From IMG/VR virus record IMGVR_UViG_3300027365_000018, positions 1 to 52,359 of that record: a DNA stretch of 52,359 bases; one strand, given 5' to 3'. Shown one piece after another: positions 18,837 through 28,638 of the stretch. Each line of letters begins with the position of its first letter. The stretch's first letter is position 1. Origin of the DNA: a virus (lineage: Duplodnaviria; Caudoviricetes). A model generated the notes under the pieces. It searched no databases and had not been told where the DNA came from. It saw only the letters and a program-made list of their open reading frames with translations. Position numbers and translations under genes: made by a program.

Positions 18837-20405
18837 TCAAGCGGCCGCGTCGGCCGGCATGAACTGGCGCTCGTGGGTGAAGTTGGCCTCGACGATCGCG
18901 CGGGCCAGCGGCGGGCAGACGCTGTTGCCGACGAGACGCACCTGGGTGTACTTGGGCACTTTCTTGCCGGCGGCCTCGGCCAGCCGGTAGTGGGCGGGGA
19001 ATCCCTGGGCCATGGCGAGTTCGTGGGGCTGGAGCATGCGCATGCCGATGTCGGTGACCACGTACTGCTCGCCCTCGATGGTCACGGTGACCAGCCCGAA
19101 CCGGTCACGCGTCGGCGCTGTGTGCAGCGGGTCGCGCGGATCCTGCCCGACGCCACGGCCGTAATACTTCACCAGGAACGCGGACACGGCGGCAGCGTGG
19201 GTGCCGCCGGCACAGACGGTGGGCAGCGGCTCGCGCAGATCCCGGCCGCCACGGTCGGCGCCCTTGAGGTTGACCAGGCTGGCCGCGACCAGCGCGTTGT
19301 GGTCGGTGGCGGTGATTGTCGGCACCGGGCGGCGGAGATCGTCGCCGACAACGCCGGTGAAGTGCTTGGCGAGGAACGCCGAGACCAGGGCGTGTTTCTG
19401 TCCGCTGGCGACCACGGTGCCGAGCGGGCGTTGCAGGTCGAGCACTCGCGGCGCTTGGCCGGGCCGCTCGCCGTAGCCGGTCTGGATCAGCGTCGGTGAG
19501 ACAACCGCGAACGATCCGCCCTTGGGCCAGGCCGTGATCGTCCGGAGCGGCTCGCGGACGTCATTTGCCTGAACTGCCCCGTTGCCGTAGTTGGCGATCG
19601 GCACGATGAACGGGTCGCCGCTCTCGATGACGTACCGCATCACGCCCTTGGCGATGCGCTTGAGCGTGTTCTCGGCCAGCGGCCGGTCCCTGTCGAAGAT
19701 ACTGGGGCAGGGGATCGACCAGTCGATGCACTCGGCGGCGGTGCGCCAGGCCTTGAGCTTGCCGCGCTTCACGGCTGGCGTTGCCGGGTCGGCGTGGGTC
19801 GGCTTCGGCCACTGGATCGTCAGGCCGTCGCGGCGGGCGATCAGGAACAGCCGCCGCCGGATGGTCGGCGCGCCGTAGTCGCAGGCCCGCAGGATCTGCC
19901 AGTCAACCTGGTAGCCGTGCCGGTTCAGCGCCCGGACGAAGCCGCGGAAGGTCTGCCCCTTGCGCGCCGGGTCTGGCCGACACTTCGCATCGGCGCCCTT
20001 GATCAGCGGGCCCCAGTCTAGAAACTCCTCGACGTTCTCGAGGATGATGACCCGCGGCTTGACCTTGGCCGCCCAGCGCGCCGCCACCCAGGCGAGGCCG
20101 CGCACGCTCTTGCTCACCGGGCGCCCGCCCTTTGCCTTGGAGTGGTGCCGGCAGTCAGGCGAGAACCAGGCCAGGCCGACCGGCATGCCGTGCGTCGCAC
20201 GCTCGGGGTCGATGTCCCAGACGTCGGCGACGGCATGCTCGCTGCCCGGATGGTTGGCGGTGTGGACGGCGATAGCCGCCTCGTCGTGGTTGATGGCGAG
20301 ATCGACGGGGCGGCCCATGGCCTGTTCGATACCCTCGCTGGCCCCGCCGCCGCCGGCGAAATTATCGACCACCAGCTCGTGGCCGAACAGGTTCAGGTTG
20401 GTCAC
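18837..20405 (-). CDS. DNA (cytosine-5) methyltransferase
   Basis: Motif I DNFAGGGG, motif IV variant FSPDC, ENV, RRRLFLIARR and motif X GNSVCP. Start is GTG at 20405 (or ATG 20411). Confidence 0.9.
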   Translation of the reverse strand: MTNLNLFGHELVVDNFAGGGGASEGIEQAMGRPVDLAINHDEAAIAVHTANHPGSEHAVADVWDIDPERATHGMPVGLAWFSPDCRHHSKAKGGRPVSKSVRGLAWVAARWAAKVKPRVIILENVEEFLDWGPLIKGADAKCRPDPARKGQTFRGFVRALNRHGYQVDWQILRACDYGAPTIRRRLFLIARRDGLTIQWPKPTHADPATPAVKRGKLKAWRTAAECIDWSIPCPSIFDRDRPLAENTLKRIAKGVMRYVIESGDPFIVPIANYGNGAVQANDVREPLRTITAWPKGGSFAVVSPTLIQTGYGERPGQAPRVLDLQRPLGTVVASGQKHALVSAFLAKHFTGVVGDDLRRPVPTITATDHNALVAASLVNLKGADRGGRDLREPLPTVCAGGTHAAAVSAFLVKYYGRGVGQDPRDPLHTAPTRDRFGLVTVTIEGEQYVVTDIGMRMLQPHELAMAQGFPAHYRLAEAAGKKVPKYTQVRLVGNSVCPPLARAIVEANFTHERQFMPADAAA

Positions 20406-20420
20406 ATGCATCTCTCCATG

Positions 20421-20448
20421 AAAAAGCCCCGCCGAACTGGCAGGGCCT
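20421..20448 (-). terminator. Intrinsic terminator-like hairpin (near-duplicate at 21557-21583)
   Basis: Minus strand GCCCTGCC-AGTTC-GGCGGGGC-TTTTT. Confidence 0.55.
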
Positions 20449-20620
20449 GGGAATAAGCGGGCGTATCGTGCCCAGACGACCATCGCCTACACCTGCCGCA
20501 TGGCGGTGTGCTCGGCCCACGCGAGCGCGCCCCTCTGCGTGCGTCGCATGGGGTAGAGCAGGAGGTCGGTGTATCGATGGCTGCCGGTGTTGCCCACCGC
20601 CGGCTGGGGTTGTTCGGCTG

Positions 20621-21538
20621 TTACGGGGTAGTGGCCGCGGGCTGGGTCTCGCCGCCGTGGCCGGCGATCAGCGTGTCGATCGCCTGGCCCATGATTCGGG
20701 CCATCAGGATGAAGTCGGCCTCGACGCGCGCCTTCTCGTCGTCGGTCTCGGTTTCGGCGGCTTCGTCCAGCACGGCATCGCTGAACCGCAGCGACTTGAG
20801 CGAGAGGTCGTCGGCCAGAACCAGCGACAGGTCTTCGTTGACGGTGATGCCGAGCCGGGTGGCCTGGTAGCCGCTTTCCAGCGCGGCCTGCATTTCTTCG
20901 CCGTCGAGGTCCACCTGGCGGCCGCGGATCACCGCGCTGTCACCGGTGGCGCGCAGCTCGATCTGGTCGCCGATCTCCAGCCAGGCAGGGCGATCTGCCG
21001 GCTGCTTGAGCCAGTCGGTCATGGCGCGCACCGGCGTCATCTTGGTAGCCAGCGGCGTGACCTTGAGCGAGCCCAGGGTCTGGCGCAGCAGGTCGAGCAC
21101 ATCCTCGGCTCGGGCACGACTGGAGCTGTTGACGACGATCAGGCCGTTGGCGGTGTCCCACCAGAGGTCGATGCGCTGCGTGCGGATGAAGGCCTGGGGC
21201 AGGAACTCCTCGTAGATCTGCTCCTTGATCGCCTGTTTCTCCTGGCGGCGCAGCGGCTGGCCTTCGGCTTCCTCACGGTCGGCGACGCGCGCCTCGAGCT
21301 CCTCGCGGATCACGCTGGCCGGCAGTAGACGCTCCTGGCACCGCGCGCTGATCAGGCGATGGTCGCCGTGCTCGAGAATCAGCGGGCCGGGCGAGGTGAC
21401 CGGACCCCAGCCGAGACGCTTGGCTTCGCTGCCGCTGAGTGGGCGGAAGGCCTGATCGGCCAGGCAGGCGTCCAGGTCACGGAGCGGCAGGACGGGAAGG
21501 TCGTGGACGCGATAGAGATGGGCGGACTTGAACCACAT
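20621..21538 (-). CDS. rdgC: Recombination-associated protein RdgC
   Basis: MWFKSAHLYR, ERLLPASVIREEL and IKEQIYEEFLPQAF..LGSL motifs; 305 aa. Confidence 0.92.
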   Translation of the reverse strand: MWFKSAHLYRVHDLPVLPLRDLDACLADQAFRPLSGSEAKRLGWGPVTSPGPLILEHGDHRLISARCQERLLPASVIREELEARVADREEAEGQPLRRQEKQAIKEQIYEEFLPQAFIRTQRIDLWWDTANGLIVVNSSSRARAEDVLDLLRQTLGSLKVTPLATKMTPVRAMTDWLKQPADRPAWLEIGDQIELRATGDSAVIRGRQVDLDGEEMQAALESGYQATRLGITVNEDLSLVLADDLSLKSLRFSDAVLDEAAETETDDEKARVEADFILMARIMGQAIDTLIAGHGGETQPAATTP

Positions 21539-21604
21539 GGCAGGTCTCCAGAAAGCAAAGACCCCACCGAACTGGCAGGGCCTCGTGATGGGTGAGGGTG
21601 GGCG

Positions 21605-22030
21605 CTACCGCCCGCTGTGGCCGAACCCGCCATCGGCGCGCTGGGTGGCATCGAGCGACTCGGTGACGAGGAAGTCGGGCGTCTCGTAGCGCTCGAAAAT
21701 CAGCTGAGCGATGCGGTCGCCGGGCTTGAACTCGACCATGTACGGGCCGTGGTTGATCAGCGCCACATTTATTTCCCCGGTGTAGTCCGGGTCGATCACC
21801 CCGGCATGCACGTTGATGGCGTGCTTGACGGCCAGGCCGGAGCGGGGCGCGATGCGGGCGTAGGTGCCCACCGGGCAGCTGATGTGCACGCCGGTGGGCA
21901 GCTTGGCCTGCTGGCCGGGCTGGATCTCGACGCGCTCGACGGCGTAGAGGTCGTAGCCTGCCGAGCCGTTGGTGGCGCGGCTGGGGAGACGGGCTTTCGG
22001 GTGAGAGAACAGGATCTTGGCGTGTTGCAT
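21605..22030 (-). CDS. dut: Trimeric dUTPase
   Basis: GSAGYDL, PRSGLA, GVIDPDYTGEI, GDRIAQL and R..GGFGHSG motifs. Confidence 0.95.
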   Translation of the reverse strand: MQHAKILFSHPKARLPSRATNGSAGYDLYAVERVEIQPGQQAKLPTGVHISCPVGTYARIAPRSGLAVKHAINVHAGVIDPDYTGEINVALINHGPYMVEFKPGDRIAQLIFERYETPDFLVTESLDATQRADGGFGHSGR

Positions 22031-22050
22031 GGGGTTTCCGTGGTGGTTGG

Positions 22051-22548
22051 TCAGGAGATGCGCAGGCTGTCCTTGCCCGATGCAAGATGGCACCCCGGGA
22101 TCTGCTCCCCGGCTTTCAGCGCCTTGAGCAATTCGGCTTTATCGGGGGAGCGCACCTCCTTGATGCGGATGTAGTCGGATGGCAGCGCTGTTTCATCGTC
22201 GATCGCGCACACTGGCTTCCCGGCAACTCGAGTGATGGTGAAGAACTGGCGCTTCACCTTGTCCTTGCCGAGATCTTCCATCGATAAGCGCACGCGCTCC
22301 CGGCACGTTTCGGCGTTGCGCTCGAACTGCTTGGCGCGCTCTGAAAGGCGCCTGGCTTCGGCCTTGCACGCTTCGGCGTCGGCCTGGAGCTGCCGAGCGA
22401 CGATCACCGTGGCCTCGACCTTCTCCTCCCACTGCTCGCCCTGGGCGGCGAGCGTCTCGTCCAGCGCTTCGCGGAACGCTTCATCGTCCTCGGCATCCAT
22501 GGCGAGGAGTTGCTGGTATTCCTGGCTGAGCTCGTAGAGCGAAGACAT
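22051..22548 (-). CDS. Siphovirus Gp157-family protein
   Basis: MSSLYELS..coiled coil..PDK..L.KALKAGEQIPG..L....SLRI. Confidence 0.85.
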   Translation of the reverse strand: MSSLYELSQEYQQLLAMDAEDDEAFREALDETLAAQGEQWEEKVEATVIVARQLQADAEACKAEARRLSERAKQFERNAETCRERVRLSMEDLGKDKVKRQFFTITRVAGKPVCAIDDETALPSDYIRIKEVRSPDKAELLKALKAGEQIPGCHLASGKDSLRIS

Positions 22549-22590
22549 GGTGCCTCCTGAATCAAAAAGCCCCGCTGAGCGGGGCGCGGG

Positions 22591-23331
22591 TTACCAGACG
22601 ATGGGCATCGGGGCGAATGGGATCTCGTCGTCGAAGTCGTTGCTCGTCGGCCCCTGCATGCCTTGCTGCCCTGGGGTCGGCTGGTAGGGCTGGGCAGCAT
22701 ACCCACCATACTGGCCACCGCCGGCATTCTGGCGCTGAGCGTTCTTCGCCTGCTTGACGGGGTTCTCGGCGAGCCACCGGACCATGCGGGGCAGTTGGAT
22801 CGGCTGCGCCGCCTTGTCGAGGATCTCGCTGGCCACCATTTCGGTCTCTGGGTCGAACGGCGCGAAGATGATCATCCGCGTTTTCGGCGTGCCGTCGTCG
22901 CGAGTCTTGAGGACGCCGTTCTGGTCGGTTGTTTCTTCCTGGCGTAGCAGCAGGCCGATCCGCTTGTTGGTCAGCGCGGGGTAGGTATCCTTCTGCTTGG
23001 TGACCTCCTTGCCTTCGTTGAAGTCATAGAGCGATACCTGACCGGGCTGCGGCTGGATGGAGCGAACCTTGCCGCATGTCATCAGCGCCTGCAGCATGTT
23101 GAATCCGCCCAGCGCCTGACCATCCCTGCCGTGTGTGAACAGCATCAACGGGCCGGCCTCCTGCCCCTGGTCGCTCTCGAACTTGAAGCACACCGCCTCG
23201 GCGCCGGAAGGATAGGTTTCCGACCACGCCGCGGTCAGCGTGCCAGTGAACTTGCCGGACTCGGTGATGCGCTTACCGCCGCTGTTCGCGTCTCGGGCTG
23301 CTTGGGTGTCCAGTTCAAATGTGCGTGCCAT
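22591..23331 (-). CDS. Putative single-stranded DNA-binding protein
   Basis: Q/G-rich linker and acidic DFDDEIPF tail; adjacent to a Sak4-like ATPase. Confidence 0.65.
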   Translation of the reverse strand: MARTFELDTQAARDANSGGKRITESGKFTGTLTAAWSETYPSGAEAVCFKFESDQGQEAGPLMLFTHGRDGQALGGFNMLQALMTCGKVRSIQPQPGQVSLYDFNEGKEVTKQKDTYPALTNKRIGLLLRQEETTDQNGVLKTRDDGTPKTRMIIFAPFDPETEMVASEILDKAAQPIQLPRMVRWLAENPVKQAKNAQRQNAGGGQYGGYAAQPYQPTPGQQGMQGPTSNDFDDEIPFAPMPIVW

Positions 23332-23334
23332 TGC

Positions 23335-23976
23335 TTATGCCTCCTGGGCGGCTGGCTGGTTGAGACCGTAGTAGTCGCAGATGGCGGCATCGACGGCCGC
23401 CAGGTCGTTGTCGATGCGCTCATCCTTGAACAAGCCCATCGGGGTCTTCACCGTGTCGGAGCCGTTGTTCCGGGTGGCGAAGAAGTAGTGACCGTCCTGC
23501 ACCTGGGTGCGCAGGACGATCGTGAACAGGCCTTCCGGCGTGATCTTCTCGTCGAGCATCTTGCCGATCGTCTTCATCTTCACGCCGCCCTGGTCGTCCT
23601 CCTGGGTGTGACTGAGGACGTAGACGCGGACATGCTCAGGCAGGGCTGCGAGCGCTGAGATGACCTCCCAGGCGTGGCGGCCGATCTCGGTGAACTTGGC
23701 AAAGCCGGTTTCGTCCGAGCGGCGCATGAACTCGTTGGCAAGCAGATACTGGAAGTCGTCAATGACGATGGCCTGCTTGCCATTGGCGGCCGCCTTGCGC
23801 GCCGCCTGGATGATCATTCCCCACTGGTCGGTGGTGTACGGTTTCCAACCGGCTGACCGGAACGGCAGCGGCTTCTCGATGACCTTGATCAGCGCGGTCG
23901 TGGAAGCCTCCATGTTCCGCATGGACGTAGACTTGCCGGTGCCGGACTTGCCGAGCACCAAGGTGGCAATACTCAT
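23335..23976 (-). CDS. Sak4-like AAA ATPase (phage recombinase)
   Basis: Walker A GKSGTGKST, Walker B IVIDD, KTIGKMLDEKI and KTPMGLF...IDNDL. Confidence 0.85.
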   Translation of the reverse strand: MSIATLVLGKSGTGKSTSMRNMEASTTALIKVIEKPLPFRSAGWKPYTTDQWGMIIQAARKAAANGKQAIVIDDFQYLLANEFMRRSDETGFAKFTEIGRHAWEVISALAALPEHVRVYVLSHTQEDDQGGVKMKTIGKMLDEKITPEGLFTIVLRTQVQDGHYFFATRNNGSDTVKTPMGLFKDERIDNDLAAVDAAICDYYGLNQPAAQEA

Positions 23977-24191
23977 GACGCAACCCTCCATTGCTCATCT
24001 GCTGCGTTCTGCATTTCGCCATGGGCGTAGGCGATGCCGGCCAGCTCGTTCTTGAGCGCTGCCTCGTCGATTTCGCCTCGCTGAAACATGGCGCGCGCTG
24101 CTTGCTCTGCTTCGCTGCGTGTCATAGCCTGATCTCGATTCATTCGGTGGATCACCGCCCGCCCGGGTCTGCACACCCGAGGCGGGCTTCT

Positions 24192-24488
24192 TCATTCGCC
24201 GCGGGCCTTCTTGAGCGCCTGGCGCGCCAGTTGGCAGCACCGCCTTGCTTCCTCGTTGACGAACTCGTTGTCCTCAAGCACGCCGAAGTGGTGGTGGTAC
24301 GCCTCAAGTGCCTCGTAAAGCTCTGGTGCTGCGGCGATCAGCCGGGCGTTGGCATTGGCTATCGTTCGCGGGTGAGCTGATCCACGGCATGTCGCTACCA
24401 AGCCGCCACGGCTGCTCTCGCTGCTCGGCGAAATCACTTGTCGCTGATCTGCAAGCCAGGGTCCTGGCGCCCAACGTTTCTCGCTCAT
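24192..24488 (-). CDS. Hypothetical protein
   Basis: PGPW..ANARLIAAAPELYEAL motif common in small phage early genes. Confidence 0.7.
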   Translation of the reverse strand: MSEKRWAPGPWLADQRQVISPSSESSRGGLVATCRGSAHPRTIANANARLIAAAPELYEALEAYHHHFGVLEDNEFVNEEARRCCQLARQALKKARGE

Positions 24489-24730
24489 GCCGCCTCCCGC
24501 GCGTTGATCAGCTCACCGCAGATCCGATCATGGTCGCTGTCGGTCATCTTGCGTTCGAGCCACGGAGCCGGGCGGCCGCGGCGGTCGAGGATGTCGAACT
24601 CGATCTCATCGGGCTCGGGCGGATCGGCATCACCGAACCCGGACCCGGTGATGCGCATGGGCACGCCGGGCGAGTAGTAGGTGAGCGCTGCCTGGCAGGG
24701 GATGCCGGCAACGCGAGTGCGGATGATCAT
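24485..24730 (-). CDS. Hypothetical protein
   Basis: RVAGIPC..EFDILDRRGRPAPWLERKMT; overlaps both neighbours. Confidence 0.65.
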   Translation of the reverse strand: MIIRTRVAGIPCQAALTYYSPGVPMRITGSGFGDADPPEPDEIEFDILDRRGRPAPWLERKMTDSDHDRICGELINAREAA

Positions 24731-25047
24731 GCGGCCTCCTCCTTGCTCCGATTCTCGGCAATCCACTCGGCGAGCTGATCGCGCTGCTGTGTCAGGGTGC
24801 GTTCATGCGTCGCCAGGAACTCGGGCCCCGTGAGCTCGGCAACATCCACGCCCTCGGGGCTGATCGACGCCCACGTCGTGTGGGCTATCTCGGCATGTCC
24901 CGGCTGGCGGCAGGTAACGGTCGAATGCGTGCTGCCGTTCGCGCTGAACTCGACCCTGTGCTCGATGTTCCACCCGGTCTGAACCCGCCCGGCGCTGGCA
25001 AGTGATTGGATGCTGGCGAGCAAGGCTTGCTGGTCACTGCTGATCAT
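24727..25047 (-). CDS. Hypothetical protein
   Basis: 106 aa with GGAGG RBS, coupled to the downstream gene. Confidence 0.55.
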   Translation of the reverse strand: MISSDQQALLASIQSLASAGRVQTGWNIEHRVEFSANGSTHSTVTCRQPGHAEIAHTTWASISPEGVDVAELTGPEFLATHERTLTQQRDQLAEWIAENRSKEEAA

Positions 25048-26215
25048 TGGTGCGTCCCTCCAGGAACTCCCGGGCTGCCTCGGGCGCGTCGTCGCGCAGG
25101 CGCTCGGCGGTGAGTCGGTACATGCAGCCGTCGAGCGTCACCACGTCGGTGCCGCCGGCGGCGAGTAGATGGCGGATGGCTCGGCGAGCCGTTTCCTCGT
25201 CCATGTCACCCCCGGTACAGCTGCAGCAGGGGCTCGGCCTGGCCGTTCCAGCGCGCGTGGAATGCAGCGAGACGGGCACGGTTGGCGGGGTCAGAAGGAG
25301 CCCGATACGCCCGGCAGCCGATGATGGGGCGATCCGGCCCTGTGATGACGATGCCCCGGGCGCGCTGCTGCGAGCGATGCTCGGCGACAAGGGCGCGGCG
25401 GTGGGTGATGATGCTCATGGGCGGTCCTCCAGAATGTGCATGGCATAGGCGACGGCGACGCCGCCGGTGCCGATGGCGGCCAGCATCAGGACGAGGTAGG
25501 CGTAGGCCCACAGGCCCGGGCTGTGGATGCCCAGGGCGCCGAACACGGCGTCGAGGATGGCGGCGATCATGCGGACCTCCTGACGGTGCGGATCGTGGCG
25601 TCGGGGATGCCGGCGCGCCGGGCTGCCGCCTTGGCGGCCTTGCGGCTGGCGAACGGGGATCCGGGCAGTTCACAGCGCGGTACGCTGCGCCCGGCGTGGG
25701 GCTGGATGACGAGATAGCGGGCGGTCACTGGTACACCTCCCGCAGGTCGCGCTCGAGTTGCCGGCGCTCCTGCAGCTTCTCGATGTCCCGGCGACGGCGG
25801 AAAAGAACAGCTGCCCGGCGATCCTTGGCGATCTTTTGTTCCCAATCAGTCATCGGTGTCATGTGATCTCTCCTTGTTGTCTTTTGGGTGAGCGCTGCCG
25901 CACGCGGTTGCCTAGCCGCGTGTGATAAGGCATGCATCAGCGGGAACGCTCACTCAAAAAAAGCCCGCAGGGATGCGGGCAAGCAGGGTTCTTCAGTAAG
26001 GGATGCGCCGGCCTTGGTTCGACGCATCGGGGTGACAGCCGCCCGGAATCGAACCGAGAGTGCTGGCTGGGTTTGTTCGCCCCGGTGATCAAGCGGGGCG
26101 TGAGATGTTTCGCTACTGGCCGCTAAGCCGATCGCTCAATCTCACCAGTCAGCTCCGCTCCTGCCGACTGTCACTCCGATACGCCCGCAGATTACCCGCT
26201 GCGGCCCGGGTGGCA

Positions 26216-26428
26216 TCACTGCTTTTCCTTCAGTGCTATTTCGTGCGTCTTTGCACAGCTTTTGCAGATGACTACCCAATCGCCAAGATGATCTAGCGTT
26301 TGATGGATAAGCATGGTTCCACCATTTCTGACTCTGTCATCTATTTCGCCATCGCCGTAATTCAGGTTCGCGTCGTAGAAGACCTTGCGTTGGCATACGT
26401 CACATAGCCGATAATCTGCTTCCGCCAT
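26216..26428 (-). CDS. Small zinc-finger-like protein
   Basis: CDVC..CKSC pairs; GAGGAGG RBS. Confidence 0.6.
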   Translation of the reverse strand: MAEADYRLCDVCQRKVFYDANLNYGDGEIDDRVRNGGTMLIHQTLDHLGDWVVICKSCAKTHEIALKEKQ

Positions 26429-26528
26429 CTCCCCTCCTCGCCCTAGGCGCTGTGTTGTGTGGTTGGGCAGATATTCTCAGCCTCTGCCCAGGGCGCTTGG
26501 CCGCACTACGCAGCGGATCGCGTGTTGC

Positions 26529-26738
26529 TCACCCGGGCGGTAATGGACCTTTTCCATTAGCCGCCAATGCTTGCTGATGAAAGTCCTGAATTTTCTCCAG
26601 CGCATACTCGCGATCTTCATCACTCTCAATAGACGAGAAGACTTCAATTGCCACGCCGCGCACCGGACCTTCCATTTCAGATGTGACGCTTTCACCCCAA
26701 ACCTTGCATTTGGCATAGTGCTTTTTTCGTGACGCCAT
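26529..26738 (-). CDS. Hypothetical protein (first clear ORF downstream of PL)
   Basis: GAGGAG RBS, ATG at 26738, 69 aa. Confidence 0.5.
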   Translation of the reverse strand: MASRKKHYAKCKVWGESVTSEMEGPVRGVAIEVFSSIESDEDREYALEKIQDFHQQALAANGKGPLPPG

Positions 26739-27236
26739 AACCGTCTCCTCTGTTTGTCTGCATTTACGCACCCCGAAACCGACTCATCGAATCGGCTTTG
26801 GGATGGCCACTGCCGGAGCAATGGCCGATGGCACTCTCGCAGTTCCCGCGCCTTCTCAACCGCTGCGATGGCAGTCGATCCGGGCTCTCATTGGTTGGGC
26901 TGCGGACTTCCCTCCCCGGCGCTTAATCGCGTTGCGCCGCTTCACTGGGCTATTACGACGCCGCCTGTACAGTCCGACTTGTTGCCCTGGCTGGTGTGGG
27001 CACAGGCGACGAAGATGGCGATGGATGACTTCCCGCGCTCCCGAAGGACGCGGCACGCATCGCCTCTAACTTTGCTTTACGTCATCACCGGGCTGATCCG
27101 GTGCATCTCGGCTACTGGCAACTCAGTCCAGCTCGCCCTCGGCTCCCCGCGTATGTGTCAGACGTCCCGCGGATCTAAGCGTCGGCCACATTGCCCGGTG
27201 GCTCGGGTCGGCCTGTGAGGGCCTGGTTGTTTTCGA

Positions 27237-27298
27237 AACAACCTAAGTTGTAATTCAAGGTATAACTCCGGTTGTTTCCTGTCAACACCTAGGTTGTA
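27237..27298 (-). promoter_or_regulatory. PL promoter with OL operators
   Basis: Minus strand TTGACA(27285-27280)-N17-TACCTT. Three 16-bp sites resembling TACAACC-NN-GGTTGTA at 27237, 27261 and 27283. Confidence 0.8.
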
Positions 27299-27315
27299 AT
27301 TTTCGACGCAGGCAT

Positions 27316-27341
27316 GAAAAAGCCCGCCGGGTGGCGGGCTC
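27316..27341 (-). terminator. Terminator of the cI transcript
   Basis: Minus strand AGCCCGCC-ACCC-GGCGGGCT-TTTT. Confidence 0.7.
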
Positions 27342-27359
27342 TGTGGAGTCAGGCGGGAG

Positions 27360-27509
27360 TCAGCGGCACATATCGAAGCCGGGCACCATCCAGTCAGCGA
27401 CGGTGAACAGCAGCACGGTGTGCACCTCGTTGTCGCCGCAGTAGCGAGTCACCGGGATGCCGAACCCCAGGATCACCGCGGCGCCGAGGACGATCTGCCA
27501 GGTGCGCAT
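27360..27509 (-). CDS. Small hydrophobic protein (49 aa)
   Basis: MRTWQIVLGAAVILGFGIPVTRYC..; start overlaps the upstream stop; below the ORF-track cutoff. Confidence 0.45.
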   Translation of the reverse strand: MRTWQIVLGAAVILGFGIPVTRYCGDNEVHTVLLFTVADWMVPGFDMCR

Positions 27510-27874
27510 CAGCAGCCGGCGATGCCGCAGTTGCTGATGCCCCGGCCGGTCAGGCTGCCGCCCGAGCCGTAGTTATTGCCGTAGCTGTTGCCGTAGTCGT
27601 GCGTCGTGCTGCTCCAGGTGTCGCCACTGGAGTCGATGCCGCGGTGGTGGGTGGTGTTGCCGTAGGTGGTGCTGTTCTGGCTCCAGGTCGAGCCGGTTCT
27701 GGGGTTGGATCCGCTGATGTGGGTGCGGTTGCCGTAGCGCTGGATGTTGTAGCTGTTGCCGCTCTGGGCGTCGTAGCAGTGCTGGAACGAGCCGCTGCCG
27801 GTGCAGGCAGCCTGGGCGGAGAGTGACAGCAGGGCAGCCGTGAGGCCGCCTGCAAGGGCGATTGCGATCTTCAT
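27509..27874 (-). CDS. Secreted S/G/N/Y-rich protein downstream of cI
   Basis: Sec signal peptide ending AQA; mature part CTGSGSFQHCYD..SGNSY. Confidence 0.7.
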   Translation of the reverse strand: MKIAIALAGGLTAALLSLSAQAACTGSGSFQHCYDAQSGNSYNIQRYGNRTHISGSNPRTGSTWSQNSTTYGNTTHHRGIDSSGDTWSSTTHDYGNSYGNNYGSGGSLTGRGISNCGIAGC

Positions 27875-27943
27875 AGTCAGTTCCCTGATGGTGCGTTTCC
27901 GGCCGCTCTGATGGCAAGCCTGGTACTCAGGGTAGCATCCGAA

Positions 27944-28627
27944 TCAGACTTCGGTGCCGGCGAAGATGACGGTTCCGACGATCTCGCAGTTGCCGTTGAT
28001 CGGGACGTATTTCTCCGGCCAGTTGGGGTTCATGGCCTTGAGCATCTTCTGATCGCCGTCCTCGATGTATTGCTTGAACGTGGCCTTGTCCTGATCCACC
28101 AGCTTGGCGACGACCTTCTTGCCGCTGATCGCCGGCACCTCCGGATCGACGAAGATGATGCTGCCCTGGGGGAACGTCGGGGCCATTGAGTCGCCCTCGA
28201 CGCGCAGGGCAAAGGTGTGCTCGCTGCACTCGACCGGGCAGGGCCAGTGCTTCACCTCCGTCAGATCCAGGCCTTCGAGGCTCTCCATGTCCGTCCAGGC
28301 CCCGGCCTGCACCCAGGAGATCTCCGGTACCGCACGGATGCGGCTGGTGACCGGAGAGACGTTGGCTTTCCCGCTGGGATTCAGTTCGTAGACGTTGCCG
28401 CGATCCCTGACGTCAGCGATCAACCCCGGGTCCACACCGTATTCCAGCCATTCCGCCGTCACGCCCAGCGTGCGCGCGATTGCAGACAGCTTTCGCGAAC
28501 TCTTGGCCTGCCCGCTTTCCAGCTTCTGATAGGCGGCCTGAGAGATGCCGGACATCCGCGCCACTTCCTGCTGCGTCAGCCCGTGTTCCCGCCGCTTTGC
28601 GATGAGTCGATTCCGGAGAGTGTTCAT
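27944..28627 (-). CDS. cI: CI-like repressor (HTH + S24 peptidase)
   Basis: N-terminal HTH LTQQEVARMSGISQAAYQKLESG; VQAG cleavage site; GDSM and TFK catalytic residues. Confidence 0.95.
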   Translation of the reverse strand: MNTLRNRLIAKRREHGLTQQEVARMSGISQAAYQKLESGQAKSSRKLSAIARTLGVTAEWLEYGVDPGLIADVRDRGNVYELNPSGKANVSPVTSRIRAVPEISWVQAGAWTDMESLEGLDLTEVKHWPCPVECSEHTFALRVEGDSMAPTFPQGSIIFVDPEVPAISGKKVVAKLVDQDKATFKQYIEDGDQKMLKAMNPNWPEKYVPINGNCEIVGTVIFAGTEV

Positions 28628-28638
28628 ATCCGGAAAGC

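Noticed and set aside
18837-20405. Restriction-modification system
   Set aside because: There is no adjacent restriction endonuclease; this is an orphan phage methyltransferase of a common type.
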